Of a stretch of 64,000 nt of DNA, positions 14,590-27,050 are shown one piece after another; the first letter of the stretch is position 1; each line of letters begins with the position of its first letter. Made by a program: the position numbers and the translations under genes. Under the pieces are notes generated by a model, which made no database searches, was not told where the DNA came from, and saw only the letters and a list, made by a program, of their open reading frames with translations. This stretch comes from Euprymna scolopes (lineage: Eukaryota): NCBI GenBank assembly GCA_053919585.1, contig CM132793.1; one strand, given 5' to 3'.

Positions 14590-14750
14590 CTGTGTTCTGG
14601 ATATGACCTTCAACTATATTCTATCGTGAGGCTCCAGCTTGCGGACATTAGGGAGTGTGGAGCCACCCTTTAAATGTCATTGCTCCCAGGTCCACTGATT
14701 CGGAGTGGTAGTATATATTAGGGGCTCAACTATGGTTTAAATAGAAACCG
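14590..14750 (+). repeat. GC-richer interspersed repeat fragment (SINE-like body)
   Basis: TGGATATGAC...GTGAGGCTCCAG...TTGCTCCCAGGTCCACT...CGGAGTGGTAG between (TC)n and (TA)n tracts; recognised only from memory of similar repeats. Confidence 0.4.
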
Positions 14751-14755
14751 ACTTG

Positions 14756-14793
<38 letters not shown>

Positions 14794-17519
14794 TCTTTTT
14801 AAAAAAATCACTGGATTCGGCATTAAATAACCTGACAAGGGTTGATATGCCGTAAAAAAATCGACCAACCAACCCACGTTCCCTCTCCCTTTCTTTTCCC
14901 TTTCAGATCCGCGTGTCCACGATCTTCTCTCTCCTATAACTCCCATTTTTCTCTATTCCTCCTTTTTAAAAATGTGCACAGGTTACATTTTCGATACCAA
15001 GTTTTTTTTTCTCGATAAATAGATCCATACACTAGAAAAATAAAAACGCAGGGGTCCATCTTCGTTCCTCGGTTAACTAGCTCCTGGGAAATATTTTTTA
15101 TAAGCCGATTGTAACTGAATTTTACCACACCAATGTAATTATGTTGACAAACGAGGTAATAAAATGATTGCTGTCGAATAGTGAGGAAATCTCTAGTGAT
15201 ATGAAATAAAGAAAAATAATTTCGTAACCGCATGAAAAATCTCTGCAAATAATTAGTCATGGACAGGGTTAGAAATATAGGATCGCAGGCAACGTGAGTT
15301 CTTATTGTTGCAGCTCAAAGTGAATAAAATGCAAACATTCGTTTGGAAGAAATAGTGTATAATAAAAAAAATGTGGAGGAAAATTAGAATGCATAAAGCT
15401 GCAGCCAAATTGAATTGCGGATGTGAGCAGAAAATGAATACAAAAAAAAAGACATGCTTAAACAAAATTCGAGGGCAAAGATACACCGGACGTTAGGGAA
15501 TGTTTTTCGGTTCGATCATGTATACAAATCACATGAGCGGATACTCGGATCTGTCCTCTGACATATAAAGAATGCGCTTGCATATTGGGTTCAAGGAATA
15601 TAAAAGGAGTTCTGAAAGCAAAGTAACAATTCAAAAGAACTATAAGAAGAAAAACTATCCACAAAAGATAAGAGATAATAATTCAGAGGAGGGAAATAGA
15701 AATAAAATAAATCAGAAAAAAATACATGAACAAAACATGGAAGAATAAAATCAAATAGAAAATAAGGAATATAGAAAGATCGATATAAAAAGAAAAATAA
15801 TGCAGATACCTAAATCTGATTCAATAAATCTAAACTATGTGAACTATTCTATATTGTCAGTGTCTTACATAAACAGTATGCTCGTCATGAATTACATAAT
15901 GTATTTATTTACTCTAAGCTACTGCGACAAAAGGACTACTATAAATTGTGAGTCAAACTCAAAACGGTATCCTATATGGGGATTTGTGCAGCGATGTGTG
16001 TTTACATTTTACTAGAATGTCTTGCCCTTCCCTGTCTCAGTTTTAACAACTAGTCCTTTACTTTAAGCTTAACAATATTACTTTTTTCTGCTTGCATTTT
16101 TCTATTGTAATCTACGTTTTTTCCAGGTTTCCAACGAATTCACTTGTTCTTTGATTAATTTGTCTTCCTTTTTTTTCCCCTCATAAACATGGCATACACA
16201 TATGTAATAAAAATGTACAGTACTCGTCTGCTTCAATAAAATCCCCACAATTATCTCCCTTTCATTCTTTGTTTCACTTGTTACTTTTTTTGCGACAGAT
16301 GTGAATTAGTAGCAACACTAGTCGTTAATGCGCCGTGGTTTCCATTGAAACCAGTTCATACGATTTTAAACACCAGTAAATTCATAGTTTTTCTAAAAAA
16401 TTTTACTGAACGAAAATAGACTTATTTTCACAGTATATTAAATATGGTCTATAAACTGTAATAATTTGAAATTTAGTCGAAAAATGAGTGAGCGGTAAAG
16501 CTTTAAAGCAGTTCGTAATGACTAAAACTACTACTTAACAGTATATTCAAATACTACAGTGTTTGACTGATAGTGGTGTGTACTGATTCCTCCGAAGTAT
16601 GTATACCTCGATTTCTTTCGTCCTGTTCGTGACTAACCTCGTTAGATCGCCAATCGTAATTAATAGTTGGCCACCAAATTGCTGATGGAGCAAAAACGTA
16701 AATCAACCAAAGCGTTATCTTCCGATCGTATCAGATTCAGTCGTGATTGAAATTAAATAAACTCTAGTATGTTTAGTTTATAGCTAGTTGTTCAATTTTA
16801 GAATTAAACAGACCTATGAAACTAGTGCTTCAGAAACTCATTTCAAACGTTCATAGTAATGTCTATTTGAGTTCACATTTTGCCACTAATCACTTAACTA
16901 TTACTTCTTCCCTCTAGGATTAATTAATTCCTCAGCTACAATCTTTAGATTCCACCGTTCAACATAAATAATAGACTTGAAGTAATCAGACAGTTGCTCT
17001 TGCGGCAACTCTAAAAGTACAAGATATTGTAAAATAATGCAAAGCACAAGATGGACCCAGCTGTTAGTGTTTTACAGACTATCACATTATACATTCTCTT
17101 CTCATTTCCTTGCATGTCACGCTTTCATTAGTAAAACCAAATAAGGAAGTAATATAGCGATTCTGTAGGAGAATCATTTTACTTATTTGTGAATTAGAGG
17201 ATGTAGTGATTCTTATATAAGTAAGAAGAAACAGAATAAAATAAATGATGGAAGCAAAAACTTGAACGTAAAATATTAAACTAAAGCAAATATCCTTCCT
17301 TGTAGTTTTTAAAACATGCGACGTCTAAATTTAAATCTTAGATGTTCATTTTTATATTGATTTATCATTTTGATAACATTTAAGGTAGATACACTGCACA
17401 AATACATGCTACTCAGATTATATAACGTCGAACTCGTTTCGCATAATGTCTTTGCTAATGGGTATAGAAAGAGTTAATCCTCGATCGAGTCGTGTCAGAC
17501 TTATTGTACTTGACTCTTA

Positions 17520-17935
17520 TCTTGTCTCTGCTGTATAGTTATTTTCATGGAAAGTGTTCGACTGAGCTTCAGTCTATCGTCCCCCCTCGCCAAATTTTCA
17601 CAAACACTCGTTTAGCTGAAAACAATATTAATAATTCCCCCCACACTTTATCTGTGCCTAAAACTAAACGTAGATTCCATGAACAAAGCTTCTTTCTTAG
17701 AACTGCACGCCTATGAAATTGTCTTCCGTTTTCCTGCTTCCCAGCTGACTACAATATAGTTGTCTTCAAGTCTAACGTAAACAAGTTACTGATTAGCCGT
17801 TCCACTTAACTAATTTCCCGAGTTTCCATTTACTAACGATTGCTATATTGTCCAATTTCTACTGTACACTCTTTAACTCTTATTCTCGAGTGGTATCTTG
17901 GCCTTGATAATTGGTGATGCCTATGTAAAAAAAGT
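17520..17935 (+). mobile_element. CR1-group LINE 3' fragment, same subfamily as 29795-31326
   Basis: Highly similar to ~30900-31326 (YFHGKCS.ELQS.VPP...RRFHEQSFFLRTARL), with shared 3' UTR and ATGTAAAAAAA tail. Confidence 0.9.
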
Positions 17936-19905
17936 ATAGATATATATTACAAAAAAAACGGCATTATAAGGAGAAAATCAAAGATAATTAGGTGCCACTA
18001 ATTTTGAAATAGTATTGCGTTAGTGTCGCCCTTGCATATAGTTGACCAATTGGCGATTATATTTTTATTGTAGCTATCGCCATTCGACGGAGGGAGCTAT
18101 ACCATAGCAAAAGAACTAGATCTGATAGCAAAACTAACAGCAACTCTGGAATCGGCGCGTTTAAAACCGTTAAAACATATTAGGCACCATGACTTTTTTG
18201 TTGGCCAATGTTATTAATGAGTTAATTCAGTTTGGTTGGGAATGTGGCAAATATTTGTATAATATGGAGAAAAAAAAACTTAAACAAAAATATAGTAATA
18301 CAAATATAGGTTCAATAAGAAAAATAAGATGCTAAAAGAAAATATAAAAATATATAGAATAAGTGAAATCGAATAAAAATAAAAGCAGAACAATACTACA
18401 GGAGGGGGAATAATCTTGTTTTACATCATATTTACCAGTTTCATGGTAAAATAATGCTGAATATTTATATTGGAAAATCTTTTCAAACTTCAATTTCTGT
18501 ATATCTGAAAATATTTACTCGCGGTGATTAGTTGTTTTGAAGAGTGAAATCGTTGTTTTGACTTTAGAACATAATTTAGATTTTCCAAGAGAAATACAAA
18601 AATAAAAAAAAAAATTCTTGTGCATTCCAGGACAGGAATCCTATACCTACAGACATTCTGGTCTAATGAAAGCAGTGGAAACTAATTTAAGGGATGAAAT
18701 AATTAAGATAACAACGAATGAGAATCAAAATAATGAATTGACTTATTTTATTAAAGTAGAAAATCGATTGTAAAAGCTACAATTAACTTTAAAACTGCTA
18801 CACAATGATAAAACCTTAGAAATTTTTTATAAATGTAATGATGGCAGATGCAGAAAATTATTGTCGACAGGAAATAACATGACAGATTCCTGTAACAAAT
18901 GTTTCATTCAATTCTTTTAACCAAACTTTACATAGTACACATATTACTATACGAAACATACAATTGTTTTGAATCTTTACACTCTACAGTCGAAGCTGTG
19001 TAAACAAAAAAAAACTGTTATTTTGCTTAATGCTTGTTTTAAGAAGGTATACGGAAAACAAGAAATTCAGACCGACTGGGAATTGGCCATACAGACCAGC
19101 TAATACGTGTGAACTAAGCAAAATGACTCAACAGCAGAAAATCCTTTGAGAGTCGATTGGCTCTAAGAGCTCTCAGTTGAAAACAAGATCTGATTACTGC
19201 AAAGAAGCGGATAAACGCGTACAAGATTGGAACGTTCGCCGTTTTGTTCAGACAATAGAATTAACTTTAATGAAAAAAAGAAATTGGATTAGAATCTAGA
19301 CATCGCAAGAAAACCAAAGGATTTATAGAACACAAGAGTGAGAAATTGCATCAGACGCTGGTTGATTGCTAGAAGCGATGATCCTTGAAGTAAAACTGGC
19401 GAAGCTTTAAATCTTTAGAATAATATAAGTCGTTTCATTTAATTTGTTTCCATATATCAGCATGTCAAAGTGGTTAGACGTTAATTAATAGCGAGACACA
19501 ACGTAAATGTTTGGCTTCGCTAGTAAAACACCTCCCAAAAGTATATGTAATACTCATATTTGATAAAAGATGAAAATATTTGATTATGGATAGATCACAA
19601 ACGTAGTTTCTAAGATATAATACAATTCATCGATTTTTCCATATTGAAATGACGGGGTTTTTTTTTGTTTGTTTTTTTTTTGTTTGTTTTTTTTTCAGTG
19701 TTAACACTTAAGGTGGACCAATAAACTATGTAGCATGGCAAAAGTAAGACCATTTAAAGAGTTATGCGTTTTATTCCCAGATTTATTAGGGTTTTGTGGT
19801 GGCATTGTGGGATAAAATAATATATACTGGTTGTCTGAGAATGGATATACAGACAGCACATACTAACATTTACGGTGAGAAGATATAATCCGAATAGAAA
19901 TATGG

Positions 19906-20102
19906 GTGCTAGTGCACTTACTGATCCGCGCTATTTTTTTTAAATCGTATTTAAGTTTAATGAAAGTGTTATGCTTTTATTACTCAAGTGTAAGGTTTAA
20001 GTATAGAGTAGGTACAGAACACTCTCCCCCTCCCCATGTTAAGAATGGATATTTAAATACTAACGTTATTATTTCAGCACGGATCAATAAGTGCACTAGT
20101 AC
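19906..20102. mobile_element. MITE (~197 bp) with ~27-bp terminal inverted repeats
   Basis: GTGCTAGTGCACTTACTGATCCGCGCT ... AGCACGGATCAATAAGTGCACTAGTAC; no clear TSD. Confidence 0.7.
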
Positions 20103-20109
20103 TGAAATA

Positions 20110-20572
20110 TGTGAAACAGATGTGTTTAGATTAGAGGAAGACTGTGATCATAATCTTGGTCACCACATGTTTGATAATATGTTACCAGATGTAACACGTT
20201 TGGATTTCTTAATGTGGAATTCTAGAAGACAATTGTTCCAGCAGGAAAACCTAAAAAAATTCTGAAATGTTGGTAGCTATTTACGAATCTATTTTCAGGT
20301 TTTGAAAGAATTGTTCTTAAGCATTTTATGTCAATTTGTTTACGATATTAAGTATACTGAACAGCACTTGACATGACCTAATCATTCAAATCGGTGTTTA
20401 AAAATAAGCCGACGTAGCATTTGTCTACAGTGAAACTAAATTAAAATTCTTTTTGAATGTTTGAGTCTAATCCTTAAATATCTTTCCTTTTCTATAATCT
20501 TACATTTAGGACTCAAATTATATCGAAGGCGTTATAACGAGACATTTGTGTATTTTATTTTGATACCCTGTA
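20110..20572 (+). mobile_element. Tc1/mariner-superfamily transposon 3' remnant
   Basis: Translation LPDVTRLDFLMWN resembles the SPDLTPLDFFLWG transposase motif; ends in ACCCTG-TA (20566-20572), a typical CAGGGT-type TIR plus TA. Confidence 0.5.
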
Positions 20573-21486
20573 TAAATTGGTTGTAGTGTTTTGTGCATTA
20601 AATATAACGAAACATGCAGTAAATCTTTGAAAAAAAAACGTAGGAGATAGAACTGCAATGAATTCACTTAATTCACACTGTAAGCACTTTACAATTTTAG
20701 ATCGAAATAACCAGAATTTTTTACTATTTTTTGAAATTCACTTTAGCTTATTATACATTTTAGACTAACTTTTCAAGCTTCTATTCAGATGAAGAAGGCT
20801 AGTGTAGTATCTGTTTTAGAATACAATCTTTCCAAAACTTGTAAGGAAGTAGTTTTGGTGTAACAGGACTTGTAGGAGTTTTGTTTTCAAGATACCTCCC
20901 ACTTGTCATTACTTCATCATTTGTGACGTAATACGGAATGTTAATCTGTAAAAATACTCTCTGGAGGCATGTTCTCGTTTGCAGTATTAGTGTTAAGTGT
21001 TTAGCCATTCTGTTGAATAAATATGGCAGCAGTAGATCACATCGGCGAAGAATTAATGAAGTCACGATCTCGAGTGTTGAGTAACATTTTAGAATAAAGA
21101 TGGCTGCAGGAGATCTGGCCGGGTAAAGACCGAGACTGATAGCAAACTTACTTGAATACAAAATTTGGTATTTTTATGAGGTCGGAAGATTCTCATTCGT
21201 CGATTATCCTAACCGAATAATAGATCGTTCAAATATCGGTAGTCATACTCTTCATTTAAGACCACCCCCTTTGGTATATAAGGAAAAAGTCCTGTCAGAC
21301 TCCATTTGGTTTGATAATGTAAAAAAAAAATGTACTTTTTGAAATTTATCTTTATTCTTATTAGTCCAAAAATCTCAGTATATTGGTATAACGTGTAAAA
21401 CGAAGCTATTTTTAATCCAATTATTTAGGGTAATGTCGTACAGGCAGTCGGGTTTCAATCCTGGCTTGAGGTAGTTGCCTGTCTAG

Positions 21487-21530
21487 CCGCACTGATGAGC
21501 TGTGAAACAGCGAAACAGTACTGTATGTGG
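21487..21530 (+). ncRNA. Minimal type I hammerhead ribozyme motif (PLE/retrozyme-type)
   Basis: Stem I CCGCA/TGTGG; core CTGATGA; stem II GCTGT-GAA-ACAGC; GAAA; palindromic stem III ACAGTACTGT; cleavage triplet GTA (21523-21525). All catalytic core positions are intact. Confidence 0.85.
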
Positions 21531-21623
21531 ATGATTATATATATATATATATGCATGCTTTTTAATATATACATAGAAATACATATTTTTCAAATTTATA
21601 TACACATTTTTAAAATAAGCATA

Positions 21624-21659
<36 letters not shown>

Positions 21660-21994
21660 GAAAGGAAGAAAATAAATAGCTTTCTTTTTAAATAAAAATA
21701 CGGACATTCTTAATTAATTGTTAATTTGTTAATATGGTTAGAAAAACAAGAAAAACGATCCTAGTTCATCGTCGTACCCCGGACAATTTACTTTTTATTT
21801 TTGTAATTTCAACTTCCGATTTTGGGTTTCTAAAAAGTATTCAAGATAAAATTTCAAAAAGTTCAGCGATGAAATGTTTTAATTTTATCTTTTACAGGTT
21901 TAGTGAAAATGTCAGCTAATATAATTTTCGGATTCTACATAATTAAGAGCAATATATTTTTTTACTGATACAATTTCTTATAAAATGATATTGT

Positions 21995-22670
21995 ATATCA
22001 ATGTTTCGACCTGTGATTAATCATAGTTATTTGCTAAAAAGATACTACTGTGGTTATCACTGTATTACTAATGGTTTAACTTGAATCTGGGTTTAAAATA
22101 GACTTTAGAAGGATGTTTAGAAAAATACTTTCTAGGCCTGAGTGTAAGTGCAATAAACGCTGCGTCACAAGCAGAGAGGACCACTATCTGTTATTAGTTT
22201 TCCAGGGGATCATAGTTCCAGACTTTGACAATTTAAAACAATATCCCGTTAACTTTTTCAATCCTCAATTACCCCAATCTTAATTTGAAAATCCTAAATT
22301 CAGGGGATATGTCGACTTTTTAAAGATTCTTTCGTTCCTTTTTAGATAACAAAGGACTTGTTTTGCACTAGTAAAGTCCGTAATTATCGGTTTTGATAAG
22401 TTTGGATATAGCTTTGTAACAGTGTAACATATACCAGATATAGTAGTGGTCAGCAAATTGAGTAGACTTCGAATAATTTCTTTGTATAATCGATTGTCTA
22501 TTAAATTAGTTTCGGTCTCTGTATTTTTATTTATATCAATCTCAACAAGATGTATACGTGGTTTGGAATTTTTGCATTTAACACTTTAGCAGGATTTAAT
22601 CAATGTACAATGATTAGTTGTGTCGGTTTTAGAGAGGCATTTTAGAACTTCATAATGTTGTTAGTTATTA
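21995..22670 (-). mobile_element. Possible highly decayed Penelope-like element 3' remnant
   Basis: Weak translated similarity to the GIY-YIG C-terminus (..PLCL..) and a partial GGTCGAAAC pLTR-like motif at ~22003-22011. Confidence 0.25.
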
Positions 22671-22673
22671 TTA

Positions 22674-22832
22674 GGGCTATGACAACAGAACATCGTATCA
22701 TTTTTTGACACTCGAGTATATATCTGACAGTTAATCAACTGAGAACTCCATCACTATATAAAAGCATATAAGATATCAACGCATACACACTCGAGTCAAA
22801 ACAATGAAAAGAATATGCTGTTGCCCTAACCC
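22674..22832. mobile_element. MITE, possibly PIF/Harbinger-type; copy 2 of 3
   Basis: TTA|GGGCTATGACAACAG...CTCGAG ... CTCGAGTCAAAACAATGAAAAGAATATGCTGTTGCCCTAACCC. Confidence 0.75.
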
Positions 22833-22849
22833 TAGTTATTGTGCACAAG

Positions 22850-23375
22850 CTTCGATTCATCTTTTCATAACTACGTAATGCCACTTTAAATTCAATGAAA
22901 GTTATGGGGTTGTCTTGCGTTCTAACGGTTGTAAATGGTTTTAAATCGGCTATAAGTCCCTTGAGTGTCATTGAGATTAATTGGTTATCGCTTATTGTAA
23001 CTGCAATTTTTAATGCTTTTGATGTTTCTGCATAAAGAATAGTAATAGGCTTGTCTTCGATACGTTTTAGAGACCTTAGGTCTGTATTTAGAATTATACT
23101 TTTCGGTTTCCCTTTAGATAATGATCTCTTAATCTTAACGCTTTAAGTCCATCATTCAAGGAATGTTATAATCAGAGATAGACTTCTGTTTTGTAAGCAT
23201 TAAATCACTTCTACAAAAACAGTTGCGTTCTTTTCGATAAATTCGGAGTCGTTTGGATTCTCTGGTGCAAATTAAATAACTTTGTAGTTTTCGTATCTTT
23301 AAATACTTTAGAATTTTCACTTGCCACAATTCGAATTCAGATTTCGCTCCGTCAAAGTAAAGTTGATGGCCGAGC
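22850..23375 (-). pseudogene. Copia LTR-retrotransposon gag remnant
   Basis: Minus-strand translations LYFDGAKSEFELWQVKILKYLKIRKL and LKGLIADLKPFTTVRTQDNPITFIEFKVALRSYE match Copia gag N-terminal and UBN2-type segments; stops and frameshifts present. Confidence 0.7.
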
Positions 23376-23384
23376 GCATTACCT

Positions 23385-24005
23385 GTTTAGGGGTGGGTCG
23401 TTCTGTTGAACAAGGATGGCGACAGGAGATCCAATCAGCGAAGAATCAATACGGTCACGATTTCTCGTGTAGGGTAATTCTCTAGGACAAAGATTACGGC
23501 AATAGACCAAGTCGTGTGAAGACGGAAACTGAAAGCGAACTGCTTTCAATCAGAAATTCGATATTTTTATAATGTAGTCGGAGGCTTCTCTTTCGTAATT
23601 TGTCTTAACTTTAGTTATAAATAAGATCATCCAAATGTAGGTAGTCATAGCCTCCATTATAATTTTGAGGGATGAGTCTCCTTGCAGCTTTAGCTGCTTA
23701 GAGACTGGGTAAAATGTACTCGTCAAGGATCTGTTCTTGACACCCAGCCCGACAGGTGCGGGGCCGGTAACCGGTCCAGTAACTCTCGGACTGAGGTACG
23801 CCGCCTGAGTATCACCCAGAAAGTCCACCCTCCGGCTTTCGAACGGGCAAGTTTCTTGCCTCTCGTCTGAGGTACCCCACTGGGGAATGCCGAGGGGATG
23901 GTCATGCCCTTTTGTAAAGGCAAGGGTGCCTCGCTTTTAGGGAGCTTGCCTGTATCTCGCTTTCCGACCTTTTCACATATTGCTGTGATGGGCGGCAATT
24001 CGATA
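23385..24005 (-). mobile_element. LINE 5' remnant (GC-rich segment plus start of APE endonuclease)
   Basis: Minus-strand RDRIDSSLIGSPVAILV resembles the APE motif RDR...GGVAILV; a frameshifted ETWL-like motif lies upstream. Confidence 0.45.
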
Positions 24006-25449
24006 TCTACCCTCGATTATAATCAAAAACATTTTAACAATGTTTTCTATCGTATAAACTAGCAAAGATATGCGAGCATCTTTTTGCTAAAAATAGTGTG
24101 AATATGCTGATAAAAACGCATTTGGACGAGTCTGCACATTGTTTTTAAACGGCTGAATAAGTAATGTTTTCTTGAATTACCATCCTCGTAAGTATTTTTC
24201 CTTCCATTGAAAGGAAGTACTCCTTTTCTATTGTAATGAAAGAATCATTGAATAAGTTTGTACATTTCTTGCTAGGTATTGTAGTATCGACATTTAATAA
24301 GTAATTCCTATATAACCTAAAAGTATAGTTTTGTTTTTGCTTGTCTAGGAGATGGAGAAACATACAGTTGAAGTGTCACGCAAAGAGAACTCGGATAAAC
24401 ACCTTGATTGCTACTTTGAATTATCTGGCAAATACTATTTTAGTTCTCTTCAATTAACTAGGCCCCTTATGTCTGTTTTAACTGTCCAGTTTTATTAGCT
24501 CAGACAGATTCATTGACATTAAAGCACTCGTCGCAAATCGATTTTAGGCAGAATTGCATTGCAAGTAAGTACAATCGATTTAAATTATTTTCTTTTCATT
24601 ATCTCGATTATTTTATTTGTCTGCTTATTATAACTGCTTTTGATATAATATATATATATATATATATTATACACTTATGTACGTGCATTCTATGTATATC
24701 TATATACGCAAAAGATAAAAAAAAATTCTCTAAGAAAATATAAAGTAGGGGCGCTAGAGGTGTAGAACATACAGGTAAACATAAAAAGCCAACAAAAACG
24801 TAGCTTAATTTTATCAATTCGTTTCAATCCGAGAAGGCTTTATCAAATGAGAAGGGTAAGTGAGGTTAACCTGACTGGTGTAATGAAGGCAATTTCACCG
24901 ATTTCTGCGTGTATGAACTGGGAACTAAGGAAAACAAATTAGATGAAGGATTGAAAAAGTGGTGGGTGACGGATGGATTAAAAAAAGGAATAGAAGTTAA
25001 AAGGAAAATAGGAAAAATACATATTGGTTGCGAAGATGAAACCGAATAATGTTTTGGCGTATCACGAATTATCTGTGGTAATAGACTTCGCAAGATCTTC
25101 GAACATTATGTTCAACATCCAGCGGAAAATCGTTAAAACTGGTCAGATTGGGTATTATTCTATGCTTCGCCAACGCATCACCTCTGTACGATGAACACTT
25201 GTATCTTATGTCAATTACTTTTTTTTTCTGAAACACTTATATCCTACTAATAATGTCAATCGGATAACTGAGATGTTATATTTAGTACCAATAACATCTT
25301 GCTTCTGCATTAATTTATGAATGCTTATTTTTGTTAAATGATCCATGAAAGTCCTTGTTTTCAAAAGGATTTCCATCAGCGAATGGGCGACAATCCCTTT
25401 TATCGTGTATCTGGATAAATTATAATGTAAACAAATATATTTTTTCAAT

Positions 25450-26080
25450 AATAGTAATAATAGAATACAAAAGCAAGTCTAAATGGGCTAGTATGAATCA
25501 ACAACATTGCCTCTTTATAACCTTATTTATATAACTAAATACACCACTTGTAAGCCGCAATATTTACACGTGAGAATCTGACAAAAAGATCACACAAGAA
25601 CAAATGTCCTAAAATCTAAAACAAGGTATTATAATCACAAAGCGTATTCAACTGCTGAGAATTAGTACAGTGGATGTGATCATGAGATAGCTGTTGGAAA
25701 TTTTAAAGCGATTGGATCATTCAATGTCGAATTGAAAATATAAGGATTAGCTAGTTCGTGCACAATCAAATAATATTTAAGCGAGGAGTTTTGCATTCAG
25801 AAAATCGTAGAAGTGGAATATAACTGCACTTGAATAAATTTTACTGCACGATTATTTTTTCAAAGAACCAAAATATATTACAAACATTCTAACGCGAAAA
25901 GAAATAATGGCGATGGGTAACAAGGAAACAGATAAACTATTTTATTCCCAAGAACTAGGTTACTTTGCTTATATTGACCAACGTAAAATTTAGGCGTGCC
26001 AAACCCCGTTTAATACAAAGGGCTCGACACCCATTGGCCGAGAAAGTAATACACCAGACAAACCTGATTTAAAAGCAACA
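25450..26080 (+). mobile_element. Decayed RTE-like LINE endonuclease/linker fragment
   Basis: KAYSTAEN*YSGCDHEIAVGNFK resembles the APE C-terminal SDH motif; TW- and KPW-like remnants occur in the expected order. Confidence 0.35.
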
Positions 26081-26468
26081 TAGTAAACACTAAAAAAATA
26101 TCGTATGCATGAAATTATCTTAAATATTTAACATGAATGAAAAGAGTAATTTGCTGGGCCTTAGTATTGTTATATAAGGTCTTATTCAAAGAGTCTTTGA
26201 GTCTTATTATTCTTAGAGAGAGTTTTAGAGAGAGATGTTGAAGGAGAGATTGTTCGTTCCGTGTTCGTGTCATGACGATTCATATATATTAAAAATATGT
26301 TCATTCTTAGGTTAATAGATGTGTTGCTATGTGAAGCTCTTAGAATGATGAGATAGTGTTCACTGTTCAGACATTGTGTAGACATGATATGCAGATTCAC
26401 ATTGTGGATATGAGATGTGTATGTCACATTTTATAACAGACATATAATAAGAATTCACTTTACCTTTT

Positions 26469-27050
26469 TGTAAGAATCACAAACACAAAGACGAGCTTTA
26501 TCAAAACACATGATGGGTTTATTTCTTCACGACCGGCCGTGGTTTTCTCATCAAGAATTCAAAGCTTCACATTAAGTTTAAAAGTGATCGTCTCGCTTCT
26601 AGACGTTCGAATTTCAAACTCCAGACTCTCTCTGAGTTTTTCACTGACTGTCTCCCTAACAAACTAACTCTCACTTCCTATATTGAGAAATCCATGCATG
26701 TCCGGCCTCGTGAGCAAAATTCACGTGTTTCAGCATGCGCGACTTTGCACGTTTCCCGAACATTCTGATTTTCCAATAACCTGTTTTTCTTAATTTTCAC
26801 AAAGGAATTCAACTAGCATATCTAATGTATTTAACCCATTTTTATTATCCACATTATTTCTAACAATTGAATAGTTTATTTATTATTTATTTCATCAGAA
26901 TTAACAATTTACTGGACATTCCATTTAAACCTATTGTTCTTTAAAACTTATATCCAAGGTTCTATTTCTGCTTTCTCTCATTTTATTTTCATTTTAAGTA
27001 ATCTCTCTATTATTATACTTACATGAAAAGGGGACAACCCTTATGTAACA
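26469..27050. mobile_element. Possible solo LTR
   Basis: TGTAAG...GTAACA termini, ~580 bp, composition distinct from flanks; no TSD recognised. Confidence 0.3.

Noticed and set aside
19200-19330. LINE endonuclease N-terminus (IGT/WNVR, NLDIA-like)
   Set aside because: Motifs are too short and frameshifted to support a call.
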